DNA of 64,000 nt from Planctomycetota bacterium (GTDB lineage Bacteria; Planctomycetota; Planctomycetia; Pirellulales; UBA1268), in assembly GCA_018970785.1 (NCBI GenBank), contig JAGWVR010000006.1, positions 1,022 to 65,021 on the forward strand, written 5' to 3'. Of the stretch, positions 30,360 through 39,738 are shown in pieces. Each line of letters opens with the position of its first letter. Positions within the stretch are counted from its first letter, which is position 1. The notes under the pieces are model-generated. The model saw only the letters and a list, made by a program, of their open reading frames with translations, was not told the DNA's origin and did not search any database. Made by a program: the position numbers and the translations under genes.

Positions 30360-30495
30360 CGGTGTGATCGGTCTGGTATCGCTGCGGGAATTCGTCACCG
30401 AGCGGCGCTGTCGGTACCGACTGGTGATCACCAACGACAGCGAACCGCGGCGGCTCGACGAAGCCATCGTCGCCGTGCCGTTCTCACACCTCTGA
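30360..30495 (+). pseudogene. Possible 3' fragment of an AAA_14/DUF4143-type ATPase gene
   Basis: Orphan frame ...LVSLREFVTERRCRYRLVITNDSEPRRLDEAIVAVPFSHL* resembles the C-terminal tail of such proteins; no plausible start. Confidence 0.3.
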
Positions 30496-30577
30496 CCGGC
30501 AGCCGAGCCGGCACACTACCCGGCACAGTCAGCGTCCGCCGGAGGCCTTCTGGAGCCTTCACGGCGGGAGACGGAGA

Positions 30578-30600
30578 CGCGTTTTCCTCGGGAAAACGCG
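30578..30600 (-). terminator. Hairpin downstream of tRNA-Arg
   Basis: CGCGTTTTCC-tcg-GGAAAACGCG, perfect 10-bp stem ~20 bp past the tRNA 3' end; no clear U-tract. Confidence 0.45.
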
Positions 30601-30618
30601 AAAAACGCGGGAACCGAG

Positions 30619-30692
<74 letters not shown>

Positions 30693-30765
30693 GTGGACCA
30701 AAAGTCTACCAGCCTGCAAAACGGCTCACCACCTCCCCGCGACACCCGCCCACCACTGGCGACCG

Positions 30766-31752
30766 TCAGGCCGAGCGGCGAAGCGGCTGCGCCGTCACAG
30801 GCGCTCCATCGGCCCGGCCCCCGATCGGGATCGTCGCCGGGGCGGTCGCCTGGGCTTCGGCGACAAGGGACTCCAGGTGCCTGTGGCGCGCCCTGTAGCC
30901 CCACGGCGTGCCCGCCGCGACCAGCCGGCCGAGGAGCATCGGCACCGTTCCCAGAGGGGCCGTCGCCACCGTGTGCCGGAGGACCTCCCAGGCATGGGCG
31001 GCGTGGGCGGTGATGCCCCCGCCCCCGACCCGCGAGCGCCAGAAAAGCCGCTCGGCGTGGAGGCCTTGGACGAACGCCGGAACGCGCGCCGCCGGCAGGA
31101 CGGGCGCGAGAACTTGGCTGGCAGGTTCGATGGCCGTCGTCGCACCGGCGCGCGACAAGGCCACCGCGAGATCGGCGTCGGCCACGGTGGCACATGCCGC
31201 GGCGAAGCCCGGGCCGCCGCGCGACAGCACGTCCCGCGACCAGAACCCTGCTTCGAGGACCGGACCGACCGGCGACCGGACCGGCACCGCCGGCGCCTCG
31301 ACGGCCCCGCGCCGCGGCACGATCGCCACGCGCCGGCCGCCCGCCGTGACACGCAGGCCGGCACCGACGATCCGGGTGCGGTCCTGCTCCGCCACCGTCA
31401 CCGGGATCACCGCGTCGGCCTCGCCGGCGACGATCCGCTCCACCGCGGCGTCGGTCCATCCCGGGGTGGCGCGCCACCCGGCGGCGAGGACGTGGATCAC
31501 CGTCCCGGTCGCCGCGCCGAGGGCGCCGTTCACGCAGCCGACGAGCCCGCCGCGCCGCGGTGTGGCGACGAACGTCACCTCCTCCGCGATCTGCCAGGGA
31601 TCGGCGTAGTCGCAGCCCAGGCCGACGATCACCTCGGTGTCGGCAGGACGGTTTTCCAGCACGCTGACGAGCGTCTCCTCCAGTGCGGCGGTGTCGCCGG
31701 TCACAGGTATGACGATCGACAGCCTGCGCCCCGTGCAGGCGCGCGGCATCAT
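30766..31752 (-). CDS. Glycosyltransferase family 2-like protein (DxD motif apparently absent)
   Basis: LSIVIPV..., LEETLVSVLENRP, EVIV; GT-A N-terminal pattern. Confidence 0.65.
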   Translation of the reverse strand: MMPRACTGRRLSIVIPVTGDTAALEETLVSVLENRPADTEVIVGLGCDYADPWQIAEEVTFVATPRRGGLVGCVNGALGAATGTVIHVLAAGWRATPGWTDAAVERIVAGEADAVIPVTVAEQDRTRIVGAGLRVTAGGRRVAIVPRRGAVEAPAVPVRSPVGPVLEAGFWSRDVLSRGGPGFAAACATVADADLAVALSRAGATTAIEPASQVLAPVLPAARVPAFVQGLHAERLFWRSRVGGGGITAHAAHAWEVLRHTVATAPLGTVPMLLGRLVAAGTPWGYRARHRHLESLVAEAQATAPATIPIGGRADGAPVTAQPLRRSA

Positions 31753-31819
31753 CCAGGCCCCCCGATCCCGGAACCCCCCCGAGCCCCTCCGCCGGGCCAG
31801 ACGCCCGGCCCACGCCGCG

Positions 31820-32089
31820 TCAGGCGGCGACGCGCTGCGGCTGCAATTCGGTGAACAGGTTCACCGTCTGCAGCATCTCTCCTCCCGCGTCGTAGAACTG
31901 CAGGACGCCGACGTCGATCAGCCACATCGCGAACATTTCCGAAGCCCGGTAGCAGCGGGCCACGCAGCGGCCGCGGTCGATGCGGATGTTTTCCTCGACC
32001 TCGGCGGCTTCGACGGCGTCGATGCCCATGTCGAGGAAGTACCTGACGACGAGCTGACGCACGTCGGCGGCATGCATGTGCAGACGCAT
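31820..32089 (-). CDS. Small hypothetical protein (89 aa)
   Basis: AGGAGG RBS before the ATG; coding-like composition (AMWLIDVGVLQFYDAGGEMLQTVNL). Confidence 0.7.
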   Translation of the reverse strand: MRLHMHAADVRQLVVRYFLDMGIDAVEAAEVEENIRIDRGRCVARCYRASEMFAMWLIDVGVLQFYDAGGEMLQTVNLFTELQPQRVAA

Positions 32090-32325
32090 GGACGCAACCT
32101 CCTGTCGCGGTCTCTCGAACGACGTCCTGTCGATCGGGGGCGGGGACCCTACCGGGAATCGGCCCTCGGCAGAAGGTGGATTTCCGGTGCCCGTTCCGCC
32201 CGCCCTCCGGCCATGGAGAGAATCGTCATCGCGACCCCGAGCGGATGATGTTGTCTTTTCGGAGACTGGGCAGGCGGCGCCAGACGCCAGGTCTGCCCCA
32301 TTTGCCCACCCGCCCCGACCGGCAC

Positions 32326-33093
32326 TCACTGCCGCTCCGTCCAGGCGACCGTCGCGTACCGCTCGGTGACGAGTCGGTCGACGGCAGCCACCGGCCAGTC
32401 CGTCCGGTGCGACCGGGCGTGGAACGCGGCGCGGACGGCGTCCTCGAGGGCCTCGCGCGGCTGGGGCAGGGAGGCGACGAATTCGCCATGCGGTCGCCCG
32501 GCACGGTAGCCCGGCTCACGAGGCGGGTGGCGGAGGAGGCGGGCGAGGAGATCGAGGTCGAGCCCGTGGAGCAGCGTGCCGTGGTAGAGCACCGCCTGGC
32601 GGCGGATCCGCAGGGCGTTGCCGCCGACCTTGCGGCGCCCGACGGGCCCGGCGATCGACAGATCACAGCTGCCGGACACCTCGACCGACCGGCGATCGGG
32701 TCCGAGCGCCGACAGCATCGCCGCCAGCGGGGTGAGGATGCCGCGGTGCAGCGCTTCGACCGGCGGCACACCGGCCGGGCAGGGCATCACCACGCTCCAG
32801 GCCAAACAACCCGGGCCGAGGAGGACGGTGAGCCCGCCGCTGGGGCGGCGGAGGATGGCGACACCTGCCGTGGCGCAGGCCTGGCGATCGACCTCATCGT
32901 CGATCCGGCTCGACGATCCGACCACCACCGTCGGCCGGTCGGCCGCCCAGCAGCGCACGACCGGCCGCGGCAGGAGCCCGTCGTTGGCTGCTGCCAGCAG
33001 TGCGTCGTCAAGGGCCAGCTGGCCGGAGACCTCCGCCGGGCCTCCGGAGAGCCAGTCGGCGACGTGCTCGGCGGAGGGAAAGGGCGCGGCCAT
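32326..33093 (-). CDS. Lipoate-protein ligase A family protein
   Basis: LALDDALL, ILRRPSGGLTV, RKVGGNA, YHGTLL. Confidence 0.85.
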   Translation of the reverse strand: MAAPFPSAEHVADWLSGGPAEVSGQLALDDALLAAANDGLLPRPVVRCWAADRPTVVVGSSSRIDDEVDRQACATAGVAILRRPSGGLTVLLGPGCLAWSVVMPCPAGVPPVEALHRGILTPLAAMLSALGPDRRSVEVSGSCDLSIAGPVGRRKVGGNALRIRRQAVLYHGTLLHGLDLDLLARLLRHPPREPGYRAGRPHGEFVASLPQPREALEDAVRAAFHARSHRTDWPVAAVDRLVTERYATVAWTERQ

Positions 33094-33170
33094 GGTGGCT
33101 TGCCGGTGGGGCGCGGGGGAAAAACCGGTCTGGGGCGGACTTTTGCGCCGCGCCGCCTACACTGCCGGGT

Positions 33171-34175
33171 ATGAGCGACAAACCCTCCCGACCGCTGGCC
33201 GCCGACGACCTGCTTCCGCCCGTCGAGCCTCCCAGCGCCGCGTTCCTCGTGCAGCTGTTCCTCGTGCCGGGGGTGATCGTCGCCATCATCGTCTGCGTCT
33301 GGCTCGCGTTCCACTGGCTGGCACATCTCGGCAACGATCCCCAGGCGTACGTCCGCACGCTCCGCCGGCCCAACGAGGGGCGTTGGCAGGCGGCGCTGAA
33401 CCTCGCCAACGACATCCGCGGGCCGCGCGGCGACGTCCTCAAGCGCGATGCGGCGCTGGCGACCGAACTGGGGCGGATCCTCGAAGACGAGGTCGCCAGC
33501 GGGCGGACCGGCGAGCAGACCGAGATGCTCGAGCTGTACCTCTGCCGGGCACTCGGCGAGTTCGCGATTCCCGAGGCCGTCGATCCCCTCGTCGCGCAGG
33601 CCCGTGACGTCGCCGCGCCGAAGCGGGCCCGCGCCGCCGTCGAGGCGCTGTCGGTGCTCACCGCCAACCTCGCTGCCGCCGGCACCCGGTGGGACGAGGG
33701 GCGCGTGGCCGAGGCGGTGATCGCCGCGTCGCGATCCTCCGACCGCGCCCTGACGTCTGCGGCCGCGTTCACGCTCGGCGTCGTCGGCGGCCCCGGGGCC
33801 ACCGAGCGGCTCCTCGAACTGGTCACCGATGCCGACGACGACGTCCGCGCCAACGCGGCCGTCGGGCTCGCCCGTCTGGGGCGCAGCGAAGCCTACCCGA
33901 CGCTCGCCGAATTCCTCGCCCTCCCCGACGTCGCCGCTGCCGCGGGCGACACCGAGGCGCTGTCGGCCCGCTACAAGCGGGCGCTGGTGGTGGTCAACGC
34001 GCTGCGGGCCACAGCCCTGCTCGTCGATGCCGGGGCCGAAGAACCGCCGGCCGAGGTGATCCGGCTCGTCGACGCCCTGGTGTCGGATCCGATCGCCGAC
34101 GTCCGCACGGCCGCGGCGGCCGTCGTGCAAAAACTACGACGCGTCGGGACGGCGCCCTCCGCCGGACGCGGCTGA
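33171..34175 (+). CDS. Membrane-anchored HEAT-repeat protein
   Basis: TM segment LFLVPGVIVAIIVCVWLAF; YLCRALG, AAAFTLG, DVRANAAVGLARLG. Confidence 0.75.
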   Translation: MSDKPSRPLAADDLLPPVEPPSAAFLVQLFLVPGVIVAIIVCVWLAFHWLAHLGNDPQAYVRTLRRPNEGRWQAALNLANDIRGPRGDVLKRDAALATELGRILEDEVASGRTGEQTEMLELYLCRALGEFAIPEAVDPLVAQARDVAAPKRARAAVEALSVLTANLAAAGTRWDEGRVAEAVIAASRSSDRALTSAAAFTLGVVGGPGATERLLELVTDADDDVRANAAVGLARLGRSEAYPTLAEFLALPDVAAAAGDTEALSARYKRALVVVNALRATALLVDAGAEEPPAEVIRLVDALVSDPIADVRTAAAAVVQKLRRVGTAPSAGRG

Positions 34176-34184
34176 CCGGCCGGC

Positions 34185-35033
34185 TCAGGCGTCGAGGAAT
34201 TCGTCGAGGGCCTCGCGGAGCAGGTCGGTGTCGGTTGCCCGGCCGGTCCAGGCCTGGAAGTCGATCGCCGTCCGATGGCAGTGGACCTCGAGGCCGTCGA
34301 TCAGGCACGCTCCGGCACGGGCGGCACCCTGGGCGAACGCCGACGGCGTCGCACCGAGCGCCGTGTCGACGACCACCAGATCGCCACGCAGCGCCCGCAG
34401 GTCGAGTCCCTTGCGCACGCCGCTCTCGGGCAGCGCCGCGACCACGATCCTCGTGCGGTCCGGGATCTCGAGGACCTGCCCCCACGGCACGACGTCGGCC
34501 GCGGCCCGGCCGAGCCCGGCGACGTCGCCGACGAGCGCCTCGGCCCGCGCGGCCGTGCGGTTGGTGACGAGGATCTCGCGGGCTCCGGCGAGCGCCAATT
34601 CCAATGCCGTGGCCCGGGCGACCGCCCCGGCGCCGACCACGAGCACGTGCGCGTCACCGACGTCGGCGTGCATTCGCAGCGCCGACAGGATGGCGCGGCC
34701 GTCGGTCATGTGGCCGACGAGGGCGCCGGCCGGTTCGGCAGCGACGAGGCTGACCGCGCCGGCGAACGTCGCCGCCGGCGACAGGTGCCCGACCAGCGGC
34801 ACCGCGGCGTGGCGGAGCGGGCCGTCGAGGATGCAGCCCCGGAAGCCGAGTGCGGAGACGCCGGCCAGGGCCTCGGCGAGGCGCTCGGGGGCGACGTCGA
34901 GCGACAGGAAGCGCCAATCGAGACCGGCCGCGGCGAACGCGCGTTCGAACAGGTACTGCGCGGGGTTGCCGGCGGCCGGGCAGCCGAGCAGCGAGACGAC
35001 ATCCTGCAGGGCTGTGCTGGCGGCGGTGGTCAT
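34185..35033 (-). CDS. Shikimate dehydrogenase-like protein (divergent substrate site)
   Basis: AroE layout with HMTDG, VVGAGAVARA, VTNRT, IDGL. Confidence 0.75.
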   Translation of the reverse strand: MTTAASTALQDVVSLLGCPAAGNPAQYLFERAFAAAGLDWRFLSLDVAPERLAEALAGVSALGFRGCILDGPLRHAAVPLVGHLSPAATFAGAVSLVAAEPAGALVGHMTDGRAILSALRMHADVGDAHVLVVGAGAVARATALELALAGAREILVTNRTAARAEALVGDVAGLGRAAADVVPWGQVLEIPDRTRIVVAALPESGVRKGLDLRALRGDLVVVDTALGATPSAFAQGAARAGACLIDGLEVHCHRTAIDFQAWTGRATDTDLLREALDEFLDA

Positions 35034-35128
35034 GGCGAGGATTCCGTATCCCGCCATGAAAGCATGCCGTCGCAGCGACGGAAAGGGGACCGCCACGGGC
35101 ACCGCCGCCGGCCGGGCCGGAAGATGCC

Positions 35129-35692
35129 TCAGACGACCTGTTTGGTCGCCTCGAGAAACAGCGGATCGGCGCGGATCGGGTCGAAATCACGCTCCCGGGC
35201 GGTGAGCGTGCGGTAATGGCTCTCGCGGGAGATCGCGCTTGCAAGGTGCTCGACCGCCCCCTTCGCATCCCCCGACAGCGACAGGTAGCAGGCAAGATTG
35301 TAGTGGAGGAGGGGCTCGTCGGGTGATGCCTCGAGCGCCTGGCGGAGGGCCCCGATCGCCGTGTCGAGCCGCCCGAGCCGCTTGTGGCACCAGCCGAGAC
35401 CGACCCAGGCGGCGACCGCGTCGCGATCGCGGTGGACGACCGTGTCAAACGCCACGATCGCCTCCTCCAGCCTCCCCAGGGCGCGGAGCGCCTCGCCGCG
35501 CAGCAGGGCGGCGAACACCGAGTCGCGGGTGTCGCTGCCGAGCCGATCGAGGCGGTCGAGCACCGAGGCGAGGAGCCGGCGGACCGCCGGCGCGGGGGGC
35601 GTGTCACCCTGGAGAAGGCCCTCGGCCAGTTCGATCGCCCCGGCTGCCTCCTTGAGCGAGAAGGCGTCGCGGAGGGTGTGCAGGTCTTCCAT
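35129..35692 (-). CDS. TPR-repeat protein
   Basis: LRGEALRALGRLEEA, WVGLGWCHKRLGRLD, LHYNLACYLSL, ERDFDPIR. Confidence 0.85.
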   Translation of the reverse strand: MEDLHTLRDAFSLKEAAGAIELAEGLLQGDTPPAPAVRRLLASVLDRLDRLGSDTRDSVFAALLRGEALRALGRLEEAIVAFDTVVHRDRDAVAAWVGLGWCHKRLGRLDTAIGALRQALEASPDEPLLHYNLACYLSLSGDAKGAVEHLASAISRESHYRTLTARERDFDPIRADPLFLEATKQVV

Positions 35693-35897
35693 GGCGGCAC
35701 CTTGGACGCGGGGCGCGGCGGGCCTGGGGGCCACGAAAAAGTTATACGCAGCCCGCCGGCACGGGGATCGAGGGTCGAGCCGCAGCCTGTTTTTTCCGCC
35801 GCCGTCACGAAAACACGCCGTCGACGCCACTCCTTTCCAGACGGCGGCGTCGTGCGGGCCCGCCACCGTGGCGAATGCGAACGACAGGGGGGGGGCG

Positions 35898-37910
35898 ATG
35901 CGCTTGACGCTGCGAACGCTGCTGGCCTGGAAGGACGGCGTCTTGCCGGAGGCAGAACTGCGTGCGCTGGGCGAAAAAGTCACCGCCAGTCCGGTGGCCG
36001 GTCCGCTCCTCGAACGCATCGACGAGGTCGTCGCCCGCCCGCAGGTGGGCGCGGCGCGGACCGATGCCCGCGGACTGGGGGGCGATCCCGTGTCGGTCGC
36101 GCGGTACCTCGACAACACGCTGCCGGACGAACAGCTCGAGCCGTTCGAACGGATCTGCCTCGAGTCCGACATCCACCTCGCCGAAGTCGCTTCGTGCCAT
36201 CGGATCCTCGCCGGCCTCGGGCAAGAGCCGACCGGCCTTCCCCCGCTCGATGCCACCACCCGTGCCCGCCTCCTGGCGGCCCTGGCGCAGGCGTCGGCGG
36301 CACGGCCCGTCGACGGGGGCACGGTGGTCGTGGAGAGCGCGGAACGCGGCGCCACGGCGACGACACGCACGCCGTCGAGGCGTGGCCGTGTGCCCTGGTT
36401 GGCGTGGGGGACCGCGGCGCTCGCACTTGCGACCGTGGCGGCGCTGGTCGGCGTCTTGGTGACCGCGCTCAGCGCTCGCCCGGGCGCCGGGGCCGGGCGC
36501 CGCCCCGGGCAGCCCGACGCCCTGGCTGCCGCCGGCGGTCGGGCCGTCGCCGAACCGGCCGCACCGGTCGCGGCGGCGCCGCCCCTGGGCACGGCCGTGC
36601 CGACCGCCTCCGAGCCTTCGCCACCCGCGGTCCCTGAAACCGCCCCCGTTCCTGCGGAGGGTGCCGCGCCGGCCGTCACGGTGAGCGTGCCGGTGGCCCC
36701 GGCCGCCGGCGCGGCGGCCGGGGGCGAACGGCCGCCAGGGAGCGATCAGCCTGACGCCGCAGCGGCGAGGGCCAGCGTGACCGGCACGGGGGCCCTGGTG
36801 TGGCGACCGGCAGGGCGAGGGGGCGAGTGGACTGCGGTACTGCCGGGTGCCGAGATCGGTGCCGCCGCGGACCTGGTCGTGCCACCCGGTGCGGAACCGG
36901 CCGTGACGGCCCTGGGGATCACCGTGCGGCCGCGGCCGGGGAGCCGCTGCGTGATCACCGTCGACGCCGCGGCCAGTCCGCGACTGGAGGTCCTGTTCGG
37001 CGGATGCGTCGTCACCGCGGATCGGCCCGATGCCACGCTCCGCATCGCGGTGGCCGGTCTGGAAGCCATGGTCGGCGGTTCTCTCGCCGCCGGTGTCGAG
37101 GTGGAAGCGTCACGGCTCCTCCCGGACGGTGCCGATCCGGCGACCACCGTGGCGACGGTCAGCGGTCGAATCACCGCGCTGGGCGACGGCATCCGGCTGT
37201 CGGTTGCGGCTTCCGGCGAGGGGATCCAGCTCGAGGCGGGCCGCACGCTCGCCTGGGACGGGGCTGATCCCGGGGCCGCCACCGTGGTCGCCGTCGCGCG
37301 GCCGATCGTCCGGGAGGATGCGGCCCGCGAGCGCCTCGAGCGCTCCGCCGCGGCGGCGTTGGCGGCGCGGCTGGCGGCCGGAGCCGATCTCGACGCGGCG
37401 CTGACGGCGTTGGCCGGGTCACGGCGCGTCGAGCAGCGCGCGCTCGCCGCCCACACCGGCGCGCTGCTCGGACGGTACGACGATCTGGTCGACCTGTTGG
37501 TCGCCGACGGGCCTCCCCGTGGGCTCCGCGACGGGCAATGGGAGGAGGTGTTCGCCGCCGCCGTGCCGTTGGCGCTGGCCCGGGGTGCCAACGCGGCGGC
37601 GGCGTTGCGCCAGGCCGTGGGGTCACGCGCTCCCCCGGGCCGCGGCGACCTGCTCTGGGGGCTGGTCACAGGGCCCGACCCGGGGGCCGACCGCGCGACC
37701 GCGCTGGCGGCGCTCGTCGATCTCCTCGACGACGAGACGCTGGTGGTCCGTCGCGCGGCGTACGTTCAGCTGTGCCGTCTGTCGGTTCCGACGGCCGCGG
37801 ACCGCGCCCGGTACCAGCCCGATTCACCCCCCGAGCGGCGGCGTGACGGCGTCGCATGGTGGCGCCGCCAGGTCGATCGTCGGCCTGCCGGTGCGGCACC
37901 GCGCGAGTGA
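35898..37910 (+). CDS. Planctomycete membrane protein with anti-sigma-like N-terminus
   Basis: MRLTLRTLLAW.DG.L; second motif VARYLDNTL...FERICLESDIHLAEVASCHRIL; one TM; Pro/Ala linker; helical C-terminus. Confidence 0.65.
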   Translation: MRLTLRTLLAWKDGVLPEAELRALGEKVTASPVAGPLLERIDEVVARPQVGAARTDARGLGGDPVSVARYLDNTLPDEQLEPFERICLESDIHLAEVASCHRILAGLGQEPTGLPPLDATTRARLLAALAQASAARPVDGGTVVVESAERGATATTRTPSRRGRVPWLAWGTAALALATVAALVGVLVTALSARPGAGAGRRPGQPDALAAAGGRAVAEPAAPVAAAPPLGTAVPTASEPSPPAVPETAPVPAEGAAPAVTVSVPVAPAAGAAAGGERPPGSDQPDAAAARASVTGTGALVWRPAGRGGEWTAVLPGAEIGAAADLVVPPGAEPAVTALGITVRPRPGSRCVITVDAAASPRLEVLFGGCVVTADRPDATLRIAVAGLEAMVGGSLAAGVEVEASRLLPDGADPATTVATVSGRITALGDGIRLSVAASGEGIQLEAGRTLAWDGADPGAATVVAVARPIVREDAARERLERSAAAALAARLAAGADLDAALTALAGSRRVEQRALAAHTGALLGRYDDLVDLLVADGPPRGLRDGQWEEVFAAAVPLALARGANAAAALRQAVGSRAPPGRGDLLWGLVTGPDPGADRATALAALVDLLDDETLVVRRAAYVQLCRLSVPTAADRARYQPDSPPERRRDGVAWWRRQVDRRPAGAAPRE

Positions 37911-38039
37911 CGGCGGCAGCCTTTCGGCAGCGATTCCCGCCGTCGTTTGCCAAGTCGCGGCCGGTCGATGGGGACGGTTTGTCGTCGCCGCGCGGGGGGT
38001 GATATGCTCTTGGTCACCGCCGTCGACAGGAAGGGACTC

Positions 38040-38360
38040 ATGCAGATCAACGTGTCGGCCCGTCATGGACACCTGAGCCCGGCCACGCAGTCGAAAATCG
38101 AGGCCAAGGTCTCGCGATTGAAGCGGTATTTCGACCGCCTCACCGCCCTCAACGTCACCGTCGACCTCGAGCACTCGGCCCAACCCGCGGTGGAGATCGT
38201 GGCTTCGGCCGAGCATTTCCACGATCTGGTGAGCCACGAGGTCTCGGGCCAGTTGTGGCGCAGCATCGACGCCGCGACGCAGAAAATGGAGCAGCAGCTC
38301 CGCAAGCACAAGGAAAAGGTTCGCGATCACAAGCACGTGCAGTCCTCGCGGCACCCCTGA
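38040..38360 (+). CDS. hpf: Ribosome hibernation promoting factor
   Basis: MQINVSARH, KVSRLKRYFD, IDAATQKMEQQLRKHKEK. Confidence 0.9.
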   Translation: MQINVSARHGHLSPATQSKIEAKVSRLKRYFDRLTALNVTVDLEHSAQPAVEIVASAEHFHDLVSHEVSGQLWRSIDAATQKMEQQLRKHKEKVRDHKHVQSSRHP

Positions 38361-38464
38361 GCCGTGGGACGCCCCAGGGAGGCGGGCCCGCGGCGCCGGC
38401 CCGGTCGCCGGCGGTTCGCCACCGGAGACGAGCGACGGCAGCCACAAGACCGGAAGCGTTTCGC

Positions 38465-38941
38465 ATGAAGTTCTCCGATTTCGTCGTCGTCGACGCCATC
38501 CGTTCCGACGTCGAGGCGACCACGAAGGAAGCCGTGATCCGGGAGATGGCATCGGCGCTGGTCGACGCCGGACGGATCAAGGCGGCCGACCTCGACGGGA
38601 TCGTCCGCGCGATCATGAAGCGCGAGGATCTGGGGAGCACCGGGATCGGTCGGGGCGTCGCCGTGCCCCACACCAAGCACCCCGGGGTCGGCAAGCTGGT
38701 GGGCACCGTCGCCGTCAGCCACGAAGGGATCGACTTCGACAGCCTCGACGGCGATCCCGTGCAACTGATCTTCCTCCTCGTTTCGCCTCCCGACCGGCCC
38801 GGGGATCACCTCCGGGCACTCGAGAACATCTCCCGTCAACTGCGCGACGACGCGTTCTGTCGGGAGTTGAAGGCGGCCCGGGCCCCTGGCGAGATCCAGC
38901 AGTTGCTCGAGGCCGCCGACAGCCATGGCCTCGTGCCATGA
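38465..38941 (+). CDS. ptsN: PTS IIA component (Ntr/Fru type)
   Basis: REDLGSTGIGRGVAVPH, FDSLDGDPV, HLRALENISR. Confidence 0.9.
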   Translation: MKFSDFVVVDAIRSDVEATTKEAVIREMASALVDAGRIKAADLDGIVRAIMKREDLGSTGIGRGVAVPHTKHPGVGKLVGTVAVSHEGIDFDSLDGDPVQLIFLLVSPPDRPGDHLRALENISRQLRDDAFCRELKAARAPGEIQQLLEAADSHGLVP

Positions 38942-39246
38942 GCGAACGCGGGTTGCGGGAGAACGGCACGGGGCGACACCGGGCCACCGGCGGCGGCGAA
39001 TCGCCCGGCCGCCGACGGAGCCGGGCGGTGCGTGGTTCGCCAATCCACCGCGCCGCTCGGGGTGGGGGCTTCGGGGGCGCGGCCCCGCCGCCGTGGCTTG
39101 CCGGGGCACGACAATGGGGGCTCCCGGGGGCGGAACCGCGCGGCGGAGCAGGGGCACGGGACGAAGCAGCGCTTCGGTGTGGGACGGCGGGAGCAGCGGA
39201 CCAACGGTGGACGATGGCTGACGGCAGGGGCGACGGAAAGGGAGCG

Positions 39247-39573
39247 ATGGTCGAGCAGACGGTGACCCGGGAATTCGTCGTCGGTTTGGCGAAGGGACTG
39301 CACCTTCGCCCGGCCGACATGCTCGCCCGCGAGGCGCGGCGCTGGCGATCCCGCGTCGAGGTGATCGCCAACCGCCAGCGCGTGGACGGCAAGAGCATCC
39401 TCGACGTGATGACCCTCGCGGTCGAGTCGGGCAGTCGGGTGGCGATCGAGGTCACCGGCCCCGACGCCAGCGAGGCGCTCGACGCGATCGGGGGGTTGTT
39501 CGCGAGAAACTTCGACGAGACGGGGGGCGGCGACGAGGCCGACGGTGAACCGTCGGCTCCCGACGCCCCATAG
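39247..39573 (+). CDS. ptsH: Phosphocarrier protein HPr
   Basis: GLHLRPA (His15 equivalent), DGKSILDVMTL (Ser46 equivalent). Confidence 0.9.
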   Translation: MVEQTVTREFVVGLAKGLHLRPADMLAREARRWRSRVEVIANRQRVDGKSILDVMTLAVESGSRVAIEVTGPDASEALDAIGGLFARNFDETGGGDEADGEPSAPDAP

Positions 39574-39738
39574 CGATTCGATCGGCACGATACACACACG
39601 ACCAAGACGAGGAGCCGCAACGAACGCCTGGCGCGAGTCGCCCGGAGCCGAACCGCGCGAGCCGGCGGGAGCCTTGGTCTCCCCCGATCCGCTCCCGGTG
39701 GCCCGGCCGATGACGCAGCCGGCGGACGCGATGCGCCC

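Noticed and set aside
38942-39246. ncRNA or extended HPr ORF between ptsN and ptsH
   Set aside because: No recognisable RNA motif; HPr has its own RBS and start at 39247.
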